From contig WRBW01000002.1 in the NCBI GenBank assembly GCA_009784345.1, positions 1 to 62,592 of the forward strand: DNA of 62,592 nt. Reading direction: 5' to 3'. A model generated the notes under the pieces. The model saw nothing but the letters and a program-made list of their open reading frames with translations, was not told the DNA's origin and made no database searches. The position numbers were made by a program, and so were the translations under genes. Source of the DNA: Coriobacteriia bacterium. GTDB lineage: Bacteria; Actinomycetota; Coriobacteriia; WRKU01; WQUG01. Shown here piece after piece: positions 49,002 to 58,067 of this stretch (its first letter is position 1; every line of letters begins with the position of its first letter).

Positions 49002-49877
49002 ATGGGACGCCACACCTTGCTCAACACTCCTTTGTCTGCTCGTCAGCTCGCAGCCCTAGCCGCGTTTGCTGTTGGAGCTCTCTTTGCGATGGCAGTGGGG
49101 ATTTTTGCGGCGGGGTGCTCACACCCAGAGAGCTCAGAGCCTGGCGAACTGGTCAAACTGCGTGTCGGCGCAAGTCCTTCTCCCCATGCTGAAATCCTTG
49201 ATTTCCTGACCTATCAACTGCGCGGCGAAGGCATCGAGCTTGAAATCGTGGTCTTCGATGATTTCGTCATGCCCAATGTGGCGCTGCAGGATGCCCAAAT
49301 AGATGCGAATTTCTTTCAACACCTGCCCTATTTAGAAGACTATAACAGCGAGCACGGCACTGACCTGACGCCGCTGGTGGGCGTGCACTTTGAGCCCCTG
49401 GGAATCTACCCCGGAACTTCTGCAGCCCTTGATGATGTCCCTGAAGAGGGTCGCGTAGCCATACCCAGCGACCCCACTAACGGGGCGCGCGCCCTAAACC
49501 TGCTTGAGGCTGCAGGGCTCATCAGCCTGCGCGAAGGTGTCGACCTCTATGCAACCCCGCGCGACATTGTCGACAATGATCGCCACCTGCAAATTGTCGA
49601 AGTCGAGGCGGCTCAGCTGCCCGCAATACGTGCCGATGTTGATCTGGCGGTTATCAATGGTAACTATGCGCTGGAATCAGGCATCGAATTTGATACCGCC
49701 CTTGCGGCAGAACAGAGAGACTCTTCGGCGGCTGTGAAGTACACTAACTTTCTGGTTGTCAGGCCTGATCGCAGCGCAGACTCTCACATTTTGACCCTCG
49801 CACGCCTGCTTAACAGTTCTGAGCTGCGCGATTTCATCAATGACCACTACCGGGGCCGCGTCGTTCCCACCTTTTAA
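49002..49877 (+). CDS. metQ: MetQ/NlpA-family methionine-binding lipoprotein
   Basis: ATG at 49002. Lipobox AAGC. LRVGASPSPHAEIL, DANFFQHLPYL, HFEPLGIYPG. No metN or metI gene adjacent. Confidence 0.8.
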   Translation: MGRHTLLNTPLSARQLAALAAFAVGALFAMAVGIFAAGCSHPESSEPGELVKLRVGASPSPHAEILDFLTYQLRGEGIELEIVVFDDFVMPNVALQDAQIDANFFQHLPYLEDYNSEHGTDLTPLVGVHFEPLGIYPGTSAALDDVPEEGRVAIPSDPTNGARALNLLEAAGLISLREGVDLYATPRDIVDNDRHLQIVEVEAAQLPAIRADVDLAVINGNYALESGIEFDTALAAEQRDSSAAVKYTNFLVVRPDRSADSHILTLARLLNSSELRDFINDHYRGRVVPTF

Positions 49878-49916
49878 TCAGAGCTTCCGCTTCGCCGTCT
49901 TATGTACCAAGGCGGA

Positions 49917-49980
49917 GGAGTGCGTCCAATCATGCACCATTATCACTGCGCTGAGCTGCTTTTGCCGCGCCATTCAACCC
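49917..49980. repeat. Intergenic repeat family, copy C (diverged/permuted)
   Basis: Starts with the exact 12-mer GGAGTGCGTCCA. Then CACCATTATCACTGCGCTGAGCTGC (compare copy B GCGCCATTATCTGCGCAC...TGCTGAGCTGC) and TTTTGCCGCGCCATTCA (compare copy A TTTGCCATTCA). Confidence 0.6.
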
Positions 49981-50172
49981 GTTCACATATGAGTGTTATG
50001 TGAAGACCCCGTATCGATTTTTTGCTATGTTAAGCTTAAAAACTACGAGTTTGTGCAGCAAGTGGTGCAATTATCAAAGAATTATGCAGCTTGCTCCTGA
50101 CACGCTGCGGTCAGAACAGTGAACGAAAGATGGATGCAGGACACTGCAGTCTTGCGAGAGGTGGGAAAGCCT

Positions 50173-50391
50173 ATGCCCCGTATCGTTGTTGATGAATTCT
50201 ACTGCAAGGGCTGTGACCTCTGTGTCGTGGTATGCCCTGAAAACATAATGGCCATGGACCATTCCCGCCTTACGGCAAAAGGATATCATCCCGCAATGCA
50301 GACTGACGCCAGCAAGTGCAATGCCTGCACCAACTGTGCCATCATCTGCCCCGATGTTGCTATCACGGTGTATAAGGAGGTAGCAGCATGA
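50173..50391 (+). CDS. 4Fe-4S ferredoxin-type delta subunit of 2-oxoacid:ferredoxin oxidoreductase
   Basis: Two cluster motifs, CKGCDLCVVVCP and CNACTNCAIICP. ATG at 50173 follows GAGGTGGG. Confidence 0.8.
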   Translation: MPRIVVDEFYCKGCDLCVVVCPENIMAMDHSRLTAKGYHPAMQTDASKCNACTNCAIICPDVAITVYKEVAA

Positions 50392-51485
50392 GCGAAGTCA
50401 GAGAACCAAAGCGCCTCATGAAGGGCAACGAAGCCGTTGCCGAAGCTGCGATTCGTGCGGGATGCCGGACCTACTTTGGCTATCCCATTACCCCGCAAAA
50501 TGAACTTGCCGCCTACATGTCAAAGCGCATGCCACAGGTCGACGGCGTCTTTGTACAGGCAGAAAGCGAAACCAGTGCCATCAACATGGTCTACGGAGCT
50601 TCTGCCGCCGGTGCCCGTGTGCTGACCTCTTCATCATCGCCCGGCGTCGCCCTCAAGGCAGAAGGCCTATCCTATCTGGCAGGTGCCGACCTACCCAGCG
50701 TCATTATCAACATTCAGCGAGGCGGCCCAGGACTGGGTACGATTCAGCCTTCGCAAGGTGATTACTTTATGTCCACGAAGGCTCCGGGACACGGAGACTT
50801 CAAGTGTCTGGTCTATGCACCAGCAACCGTGCAGGAAATGGCCGACATGGTGGGGGACGCCTTTGAAAAGGCAGATCAGTACCGCATGCCGGCGCTGATT
50901 TTGTCAGACGGCCTGCTGGGACAGATGATGGAGCCAGTTGCCTTACCGCCTATCAAAGACCCAGCAGATTGCCCGCAGCATGACTGGGCCATGACGGGCA
51001 CGAAGGGCGAGCGCGCGCCGATGGAAATCAACTCTTTGCAGCTCTACCCTGAAGAGCTGGAAGCTGCAAACACCGAACGCTACGCACGCTACGATGTCGT
51101 CAAAGCAAACGAACAGGCTGCAGAGCTCTATCAGACGCAAGACGCTGAAATCATCGTTGTCGCCTATGGCGCCAGTGCCCGCACCGCAAAGAGTGCCGTT
51201 GATCTGGCGCGCGATGCTGGCATCAAGGCCGGCATGGTCAGACCGCTGCTGGTCTGGCCCTATCCCGACGACAGCATCAATGATCTGATTGAAGCAGGCA
51301 AGGTCAAGGGCTTCCTGACCGTGGAAATGAGCATGGGTCAGATGGTCGAAGACGTGCGCCTGGTTGTCAATGGTCGCCTGCCGATAGACTCCTATAACAG
51401 AACAGGTGGCCTGGTGCCCGACCCGCAGGCGATTCTAGCGAAGATGAATGAAATGCAAGCGCAGTTTGCGGAAGGAGGCGTTTAG
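50388..51485 (+). CDS. 2-oxoacid:ferredoxin oxidoreductase alpha subunit
   Basis: MKGNEAVAEAAIRAGCRTYFGYPITPQNE is a typical POR/KOR/VOR alpha N-terminus. Overlaps the delta subunit gene by 4 nt. Confidence 0.85.
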   Translation: MSEVREPKRLMKGNEAVAEAAIRAGCRTYFGYPITPQNELAAYMSKRMPQVDGVFVQAESETSAINMVYGASAAGARVLTSSSSPGVALKAEGLSYLAGADLPSVIINIQRGGPGLGTIQPSQGDYFMSTKAPGHGDFKCLVYAPATVQEMADMVGDAFEKADQYRMPALILSDGLLGQMMEPVALPPIKDPADCPQHDWAMTGTKGERAPMEINSLQLYPEELEAANTERYARYDVVKANEQAAELYQTQDAEIIVVAYGASARTAKSAVDLARDAGIKAGMVRPLLVWPYPDDSINDLIEAGKVKGFLTVEMSMGQMVEDVRLVVNGRLPIDSYNRTGGLVPDPQAILAKMNEMQAQFAEGGV

Positions 51486-51486
51486 C

Positions 51487-52428
51487 ATGGCCAGAACAAT
51501 GCCTGCTCCCAAAGACAATGAAAAGGTTGTTTTCGAGCGCACCAAAGGTCTGACCGACACCGCCTTTACCTACTGTGCTGGCTGCATGCACGGCACGGTG
51601 CACCGCCTGATTGGTGAAAGCCTCGAGGCTCTTCAAGTGACGGGCTCAACCGTGGGAGTCGCGCCCGTAGGATGCAGTGTAACAGCGACAAATTTCTTTA
51701 ACTGCGACATGGTGCAGGCATCCCATGGTCGCGCAGCAGCTGTTGCGACCGGTATCAAGCGCGTCAATCCCAACAACATCGTCTTTAGCTATCAAGGCGA
51801 CGGCGATCTTGCAGCCATAGGCACGGCGGAGAGCGTCCATGCTGCCGCCCGTGGCGAGCATATCACGGTCATCTTTATTAACAACGCCATCTACGGCATG
51901 ACGGGCGGCCAAATGGCGCCGACTACGATGCCGGGTCAGATTACGCAGACCAGCCCTTACGGACGCATCATCGCCCAGGATGGTTATCCTCTGCGCGTGG
52001 TCGAAATGCTCTCGACCCTCGATGGTGTGGCCTATGCAGAACGTGTCAGCGTAGATACGCCCAAAAACATTCGCGCAGCAAAGCGCGCGGTACGCAAGGC
52101 CTTTGAATACCAGCGTGATAAGCGCGGCTACAGCATTGTCGAGGTGCTTTGCACCTGTCCAACAAACTGGGGGCTGAACCCTCTGGATTCTGCTGACTGG
52201 ATGCGCAAAAACATGTTCCCTTACTATCCACTGGGTGTGTATCGTGACATCAAGGCTGAGGGCTTTGAAAATATCGTTGACGCCGCAGCAGCAAAACTCG
52301 AGGATCAAAAGGCTGCCTACGCTGCGCAGGTCGAGGCGGAGCTTGCGCGCGAGATCGCCAAAGAAGAGCGCAAAGCTTCCATGAAAGCAGATATAGCAGA
52401 AGCTGCAGACAGCAAGGGTGGTGCCTAA
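51487..52428 (+). CDS. 2-oxoacid:ferredoxin oxidoreductase beta (TPP) subunit with a ~55-aa charged C-terminal extension
   Basis: CAGCMHG cysteines, the TPP motif GDGD...NNAIYGMTGGQ, and a helical Lys/Glu/Ala-rich tail. Confidence 0.85.
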   Translation: MARTMPAPKDNEKVVFERTKGLTDTAFTYCAGCMHGTVHRLIGESLEALQVTGSTVGVAPVGCSVTATNFFNCDMVQASHGRAAAVATGIKRVNPNNIVFSYQGDGDLAAIGTAESVHAAARGEHITVIFINNAIYGMTGGQMAPTTMPGQITQTSPYGRIIAQDGYPLRVVEMLSTLDGVAYAERVSVDTPKNIRAAKRAVRKAFEYQRDKRGYSIVEVLCTCPTNWGLNPLDSADWMRKNMFPYYPLGVYRDIKAEGFENIVDAAAAKLEDQKAAYAAQVEAELAREIAKEERKASMKADIAEAADSKGGA

Positions 52429-52429
52429 T

Positions 52430-53008
52430 ATGACTGCATCAATCAAAACGCCTCTCACGAACATGCAGATGAGACTTGCCGGCTACGGTGGGCAAGGGGT
52501 GCTGTTCGCCGGACGTGTCATAGCAAACGCAGGTCTACTTTCGGGCAAGGAAGTAAGCTGGCTACCCAGCTACGGACCAGAAATGCGTGGCGGTACCTGT
52601 AACTGTTCTATCATCATCCAAGACGAGCCCATTGGTACGCCCCTAGTGCTGGAACCTCAGGTTGTTGTTGCCATGAACAAGCTGTCACTCGAGCGCTTCG
52701 CGCAAGCCGTGGAACCCGGTGGCTGGCTCTTTGTGGACGAATCGACCTTTGATATTGCAGACTACACGTTGCGAGATGATATCAAGAACCTCGTCTACCC
52801 CTATGCTCAAACGGCCTCTGACAATGGCATTGACGATGAGCAGGGCAACCCCATCGGCAGCCTCATCATGGTGGCAGCCGTTTGGAAAGAAACGCAGTTT
52901 TGCACCGAAGAAGTGCTCGAGGAAGCGCTCAGGATATCGATTCCTGATCGCAAGCAGGCGCTGCTTGAGAAAAACCTCAGGGCTCTTGCCATCGGTAAAG
53001 GGCTCTAG
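52430..53008 (+). CDS. 2-oxoacid:ferredoxin oxidoreductase gamma subunit
   Basis: LAGYGGQGVLFAGRVIANA...SYGPEMRGG is the POR gamma signature. Confidence 0.8.
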   Translation: MTASIKTPLTNMQMRLAGYGGQGVLFAGRVIANAGLLSGKEVSWLPSYGPEMRGGTCNCSIIIQDEPIGTPLVLEPQVVVAMNKLSLERFAQAVEPGGWLFVDESTFDIADYTLRDDIKNLVYPYAQTASDNGIDDEQGNPIGSLIMVAAVWKETQFCTEEVLEEALRISIPDRKQALLEKNLRALAIGKGL

Positions 53009-53019
53009 AGGACGGCGCC

Positions 53020-53580
53020 ATGACTGATCAGCAGCAAGACCTCCGCGAGTTGGGCATGCGCATCAAGGGATTGCGCGAGGCTTGTGACGTTACCGATACT
53101 GAGCTTGCCAAAGAGCTGGGCATCGAGCTTGATCGCTACCGCAGTTTTGAAGAAACGGGCGCAGACGTACCTATTAGCGTGATTTATTCCATCGCGCGCA
53201 AGTTTGGTGTCGAGTTCACCGAAATACTGATGGGCAAATCTGGCAAGCTTGAATCGATTCAGGTAGTGCGCAAGGGCGAAGGTCGTAAGGTTGACCGTTT
53301 TGCGGGCTATCATTTTCAAGACCTCGCCTGGCGCTATAATCACAAGATAATGCAGCCCCTGCTGGTTACCCTTGACCCCAAAGAGCACTGCGATGACTTG
53401 ATTTCCCATGGTGGCCAAGAGTTCAACATGGTCCTTGAGGGCGCTATCGATCTGAGCTTTGACGGGCAGGCCATTCGCCTGAACGCCGGTGACAGCGCCT
53501 ACTTTAATGCGAATATCCCGCACGGGCAAAAGTGCGCTTCGCCTGAGCCCGCCGTCTTTGTCACGGTCATCACCGAATAG
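53020..53580 (+). CDS. XRE-family HTH plus cupin-domain transcriptional regulator
   Basis: HTH segment LGMRIKGLREACDVTDTELAKELGIELDRYRSFE. C-terminal cupin HGGQEFNMVLEG...GDSAYF...PHG. Confidence 0.8.
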   Translation: MTDQQQDLRELGMRIKGLREACDVTDTELAKELGIELDRYRSFEETGADVPISVIYSIARKFGVEFTEILMGKSGKLESIQVVRKGEGRKVDRFAGYHFQDLAWRYNHKIMQPLLVTLDPKEHCDDLISHGGQEFNMVLEGAIDLSFDGQAIRLNAGDSAYFNANIPHGQKCASPEPAVFVTVITE

Positions 53581-53604
53581 CGAAAGCAGCAGGTCGAAGC
53601 AGTT

Positions 53605-55338
53605 ATGGACGCACTCCTCAAAAAATTCTGCCCGCGCATAGATTTCGATTGCTACGAGGATTTTCACGCAAACTTCAGCATCGACATTCCAGGCGACTTC
53701 AACTTTGCCTACGACGTCGTTGATGCCTGGGCGCATATCGAGCCTGAAAAGCGCGCACTGCACTGGATTGATGACAAGGAGGCGGAGCGCTTCCAGACCT
53801 TTGATGACATTGCCCAGATGTCAGACCAGCTGGCGGCTGCCATGACGAACAAGCTGGGGCTTGTTAAGGGCGACATCGTGCTGCTGATTTTGCGTCAGCG
53901 CTGGGAATACTGGGCGCTTGCGGTGGCGCTGATGAAGATGGGCGTGGTCTTTGTGCCCGGCTCTGTTCAGATGACGGCAAAGGATCTGGCTTTTCGGGCT
54001 GAGGCTGCGGGCTTTAAGACCATTATTGCTGTTGATGACCCCTATGTTGTGCAGCAAGTCGAAGCTTGCTGCGCGGCAGGTGCCGACATTAGCAACAAAG
54101 TTTTAGTGCAGCAGGCAGCTGGTGTTGGGGAGGATGGAGCTGCTGAAGCTGCAGGCTGGACGACCTTTGACGAGCTGCTGACCTGCGATGTCCCCGCGTG
54201 GGAAAGGCCATCTGGCGCGTCTGCTACGACTGCTGAGGACACGCTGATGCTGTACTTCACCAGTGGTACGACCGGTCAGCCAAAGATGGTGCACCATACG
54301 CATGCACACCCCCTGGGGCATATTACGACGGCGAAATACTGGCAGCAAGTTCAAGAAGACGCGCTTCATTTTTCAGTCACTGACAGTGCTTGGGCAAAAT
54401 TTGGCTGGGGTAAGATTTATGGCCAGTGGATTTGTGGTGCGGGCGTTTTTGCCTATGACTGGGATAGTTTTGTGCCAGCGCGCTTACTTGAAAAGCTGCA
54501 AGACTACGACATTGCCACCTTCTGTGCGCCGCCCACGATGTATCGCTTCATGCTGCAAGAAGATGTGGCTTCCTTTGATCTTTCGAGCGTGGTGAATTAT
54601 GCAACGGCAGGCGAGCCTTTGAATGCTGAAGTTACTAACAAGTGGGAGGCCTTCACGGGAAAAAAGATTCGCGAGGGCTTTGGGCAGTCAGAGAGCACGG
54701 TCATGATTGCGACCTGGCCCTGGCTTGAGCCGCGCCCTGGGTCGCTCGGTAAGCCAGATCCGCTGTACAACATTCGCCTGCTGGTCGAATATGACCCGCA
54801 GGGCGAGCCCTACCTGCGTCCGCGCGAAGCTGACATTGGGCAAGAGGGTGCCATCTGCGTCACGGGGCTTAAGGAAGGCTATCCGCCGGGGCTTTTTACC
54901 GGCTACTACCGCTGCGAGGAGAAAAGTGCAGACGCCCTTGGTGGTTCATATTACAATCTGGGGGATATGGCCTGGCGTGACATTGACGGCTATCTGACCT
55001 TTGTTGGCAGAAATGACGATGTGATCAAAGCATCTGGCTATCGCATTGGTCCCTTTGAGGTCGAAAGTGCCTTGATTTCACACCCAGCCGTTGTTGAAAG
55101 TGCGGTTACGGCGGCTCCTGACCCGGTGCGCGGCACCGTGGTTAAGGCCGATGTGGTTTTGGCAAAAGACTTCAGACCCAGCGAAGAACTGGTCCATGAG
55201 CTGCAAGAACATGTCAAGAAGGTAACGGCTCCCTACAAATATCCACGAATAATCTGCTTCGTGGACGAACTTCCTAAGACTTTGGGTGGTAAGATAAAGC
55301 GTGCCGAAATTAGAAAGAAAAACGAAGATAGTACGTAA
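53605..55338 (+). CDS. AMP-forming acyl-CoA synthetase (medium/short branched-chain, ACSM/MbcS-like)
   Basis: AMP-binding motif YFTSGTTGQPK, plus GYYR, GDMAWRDIDGYLTFVGRNDDVIK and PKTLGGKIKR. Confidence 0.85.
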   Translation: MDALLKKFCPRIDFDCYEDFHANFSIDIPGDFNFAYDVVDAWAHIEPEKRALHWIDDKEAERFQTFDDIAQMSDQLAAAMTNKLGLVKGDIVLLILRQRWEYWALAVALMKMGVVFVPGSVQMTAKDLAFRAEAAGFKTIIAVDDPYVVQQVEACCAAGADISNKVLVQQAAGVGEDGAAEAAGWTTFDELLTCDVPAWERPSGASATTAEDTLMLYFTSGTTGQPKMVHHTHAHPLGHITTAKYWQQVQEDALHFSVTDSAWAKFGWGKIYGQWICGAGVFAYDWDSFVPARLLEKLQDYDIATFCAPPTMYRFMLQEDVASFDLSSVVNYATAGEPLNAEVTNKWEAFTGKKIREGFGQSESTVMIATWPWLEPRPGSLGKPDPLYNIRLLVEYDPQGEPYLRPREADIGQEGAICVTGLKEGYPPGLFTGYYRCEEKSADALGGSYYNLGDMAWRDIDGYLTFVGRNDDVIKASGYRIGPFEVESALISHPAVVESAVTAAPDPVRGTVVKADVVLAKDFRPSEELVHELQEHVKKVTAPYKYPRIICFVDELPKTLGGKIKRAEIRKKNEDST

Positions 55339-56464
55339 ATCTGCGACCCTACCCTTTGCGGTAGGGGTTTTTGCACTTTTACTCACATCAATCCTTCCCG
55401 CATTTACCCCTGATGCCTACGCGGCCAATGCAGCCGAGTTGCAGCAGCGTGCCCGCGATGCTTCTTCACGCATGAATCAAATGCAGCAGGGCCTTTCAAC
55501 AGCCCTCGAAGCCCTAAATCAAGCTACGGCAGAACTTCAGAAAACAGAAGACGACATTGTCGTGGCAGAAGAAGAGGCGACCAGACTTGAGGGTGAAATC
55601 GAGCAGAATCAGGCGGCTCTTGCCCGGCAGGCAGACTTCATCTACCGCAATGGCCCCCTGGTGTATTTGGAGGCCCTGTTTTCATCACGCACGATAACGG
55701 ACTTTACGGCGACGCTTGAAGTAGTTGATGCTCTAGCGCAAAATGACGCCAATACGGTCGTCATGCTACGCGCCCAAACCAGAGAGCACCAACAGGTGCT
55801 GACAAGCCTAAATGAACTGCGCGACCGTCAAGAGTCAGTTACGGCTTCAAAGCAGCGAGATGCAAGTGCTGCCCAGAGCCTGCTTGATCAGCAGCAGTCA
55901 TACATTAGCTCTTTGAACTCTCAGGTACAGGAAGCCCTGCAAGCTCAAGTCGAGCAGCAGCGCCAACAAGAAGCCACCAGGCCCGCCGCACCATCGGGCA
56001 GCAACCGTCCTTCGGGACCATCTGCCGGTGGCGGTAACGGTGGCGGTAACAGCAACGCGGGCAGCGGCAGTAACAATGGTGGTAGCAATAATGCTAATGG
56101 CGGCAACGGCAGCGGTGGCGGCACTAGTGGCGGAAGCAGCAATGGCGGCGGCGGTGGTGGCGGTGACTACATTGGCACCGGCACGATTTTTACCGGTATT
56201 GCCTCCTGGTACCAAATCGGTACCACGACGGCAAACGGCGAAGCCTTCAATCCCAATGCCATGACGGCAGCACACCCCTCACTGCCCTTTAATACCCTGG
56301 TCCGCGTAACCTTTCGCGGAAACAGTGTGGTTGTGCGTATTAACGATCGCGGCCCCTTTACGGGTGGGCGCATTATCGACTTGTCTCGCGGTGCCGCAGA
56401 AGTTATTGGCCTGCGTTCTGCCGGTGTCGGAACCGTAACCGTCGAGATTGTCCAGCGTCCGTAA
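55301..56464 (+). CDS. Coiled-coil protein with a Gly/Asn/Ser-rich linker and a C-terminal RlpA-like DPBB domain
   Basis: Signal/TM segment, a ~190-aa coiled coil, a low-complexity GGGNGGGNSNAGSG... linker, then GIASWY...TANGEAF...TAAHPSLPFNTLVRV...VRINDRGPF...IDLS. Start uncertain; the ORF overlaps the previous gene by 38 nt. Confidence 0.7.
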   Translation: MPKLERKTKIVRKSATLPFAVGVFALLLTSILPAFTPDAYAANAAELQQRARDASSRMNQMQQGLSTALEALNQATAELQKTEDDIVVAEEEATRLEGEIEQNQAALARQADFIYRNGPLVYLEALFSSRTITDFTATLEVVDALAQNDANTVVMLRAQTREHQQVLTSLNELRDRQESVTASKQRDASAAQSLLDQQQSYISSLNSQVQEALQAQVEQQRQQEATRPAAPSGSNRPSGPSAGGGNGGGNSNAGSGSNNGGSNNANGGNGSGGGTSGGSSNGGGGGGGDYIGTGTIFTGIASWYQIGTTTANGEAFNPNAMTAAHPSLPFNTLVRVTFRGNSVVVRINDRGPFTGGRIIDLSRGAAEVIGLRSAGVGTVTVEIVQRP

Positions 56465-56503
56465 GCAACACCGCGACGTGCAAAACGACAGATAGGTGAT
56501 CAC

Positions 56504-57475
56504 ATGACTCTTCCTGAAATCACAGCCACAGCGGCGCGCGACATAAGCAAGCTGCACATCGCTGTCTTACAGGGCGGTACCTCGGCCGAGCGTGAGGTTT
56601 CGCTGCGCACGGGCGAAAACGTCAGCGCCACCTATCGCGAACTGGGCTGTGAGGTCACGGTTCTCGATGCCGCGGACCTCGACTTCATTGAGAAGTTGCG
56701 CGCCCTACAACCCGACCTCGTGTTCATTGCCCTGCATGGCAGCGCGGGTGAAGACGGCACCATTCAGGGTCTGCTCGAGATACTGGGTCTGCCCTACACG
56801 GGCAGTGGCGTACTTGCAAGCGCGCTGGCCATGAACAAACAGGTCAGCAAGCAGCTGTTTAGCCACTTTGGTCTGCGCAATCCTCGAGGCCTGCTCTTAA
56901 AAAGTGGTCGTGAAAGCTATGAGGCTGTCTGCACCATGCTGGGCACAAGCTCGCTTGTCGTCAAGCCCAACGCCGAAGGCTCTTCTGTCGGTGTTTCCCT
57001 GGTGGAGTGCGCCCAAGACTATGAGGCGGCCTTTAGCCAAGCTGCTTGCCCAGACGGCCAGGCCTTAGTAGAAGAGTGCATCACGGGTCGTGAGCTCACC
57101 GTTGCCGTGCTGGGGGATGCAGAAGGCCCTGCCTTTCCGCTGCCGGTTATTGAAATCATTCCAAAAACTGAGTTCTATCATTTTGACAACAAGTACACGG
57201 CACATGCCACAGAATATGTCGTACCCGCAGACCTTGATGAGGCGGTGACGAATGCCTGCATGCAACTGGCGCTCGATGCTCATGTCGTGCTGGGATGTCA
57301 GGGTTATTCGCGATCAGATATTAAGCTTCGTGCCGATGGCACCGCCTATTTGCTCGAAACCAATACCCTGCCAGGACTTACCAGTACCTCGCTGATTCCC
57401 AAGGCTGCAGCCGCAGCTGGGATCGATATGGCGGATTTGCTCATACGAATCGCACAATATGCCCTCAATAAATAG
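56504..57475 (+). CDS. ddl: D-alanine--D-alanine ligase
   Basis: GGTSAEREVSLRTG, ALHGSAGEDGTIQGLLE, GSSVGV, LETNTLPG. Confidence 0.9.
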   Translation: MTLPEITATAARDISKLHIAVLQGGTSAEREVSLRTGENVSATYRELGCEVTVLDAADLDFIEKLRALQPDLVFIALHGSAGEDGTIQGLLEILGLPYTGSGVLASALAMNKQVSKQLFSHFGLRNPRGLLLKSGRESYEAVCTMLGTSSLVVKPNAEGSSVGVSLVECAQDYEAAFSQAACPDGQALVEECITGRELTVAVLGDAEGPAFPLPVIEIIPKTEFYHFDNKYTAHATEYVVPADLDEAVTNACMQLALDAHVVLGCQGYSRSDIKLRADGTAYLLETNTLPGLTSTSLIPKAAAAAGIDMADLLIRIAQYALNK

Positions 57476-57605
57476 CTGAATTTTCGTATACAATTTGTCC
57501 GTGCTCTAGTATCATTTACCCTTGCGGGGGATGAAATCACGTCCCGCACCTTCCTGATGAGGTACATCAGGAGGTCCGCCGTTTTGAGAAAGGTCTGAGG
57601 AATAC

Positions 57606-58037
57606 ATGCTTATCACGCGCAGAACTGATTACGCTATTAGAATCATGCGAACCATTGCGGAAAATGATTCGGGCAGACCTATTTCGGTCCGCGAAATCGC
57701 AGAGCGCGATACGATACCCTACCAGTTTGCCCGTCGTATTACCTATGATTTGGCTAACGAAGGTCTGGTGAAAGTGACCAGGGGCGCCCGTGGTGGCGCA
57801 GATCTCGCACGCCCTGCAGAAGAAATCTCATTACTTGAAGTCATTGTCGTCGGGCAGGGCAAGCCCATCTGTTCACGCTGCTCGCTCGAAGACGAGTGGT
57901 GCGAAAACGAGGCCTCTTGCTCGGTGAAGACCGCGCTCGAAGACCTTGACGTCTACGTCAACGAATATCTGTCGAACCTGATGCTCAGCCAGGTTATCCG
58001 CGCTATCGAGGACCGTCCCTACAGCACGGATAACTAA
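57606..58037 (+). CDS. Rrf2-family transcriptional regulator (Cys-rich, possible Fe-S sensor)
   Basis: MLITRRTDYAIRIM is an Rrf2 N-terminus. Winged helix, then a CSRCS...C...C cysteine cluster. Confidence 0.8.
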   Translation: MLITRRTDYAIRIMRTIAENDSGRPISVREIAERDTIPYQFARRITYDLANEGLVKVTRGARGGADLARPAEEISLLEVIVVGQGKPICSRCSLEDEWCENEASCSVKTALEDLDVYVNEYLSNLMLSQVIRAIEDRPYSTDN

Positions 58038-58067
58038 ATCATCCTTGGTAAAGGGTGTCCAAGCCTC

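Noticed and set aside
51646-52464. 272-aa minus-strand ORF; similar long antisense ORFs at 47998-48744, 42685-43380, 18248-18838 and 62306-62590
   Set aside because: All are antisense to genes with strong family signatures (the oxidoreductase beta subunit, groEL, NlpC/P60, ispE, the NodB deacetylase). They are typical shadow ORFs in mid/high-GC DNA.
53005-53763. 252-aa minus-strand ORF
   Set aside because: It is antisense to the XRE-cupin regulator and the start of the acyl-CoA synthetase, both of which have clear family motifs. No motifs of its own.
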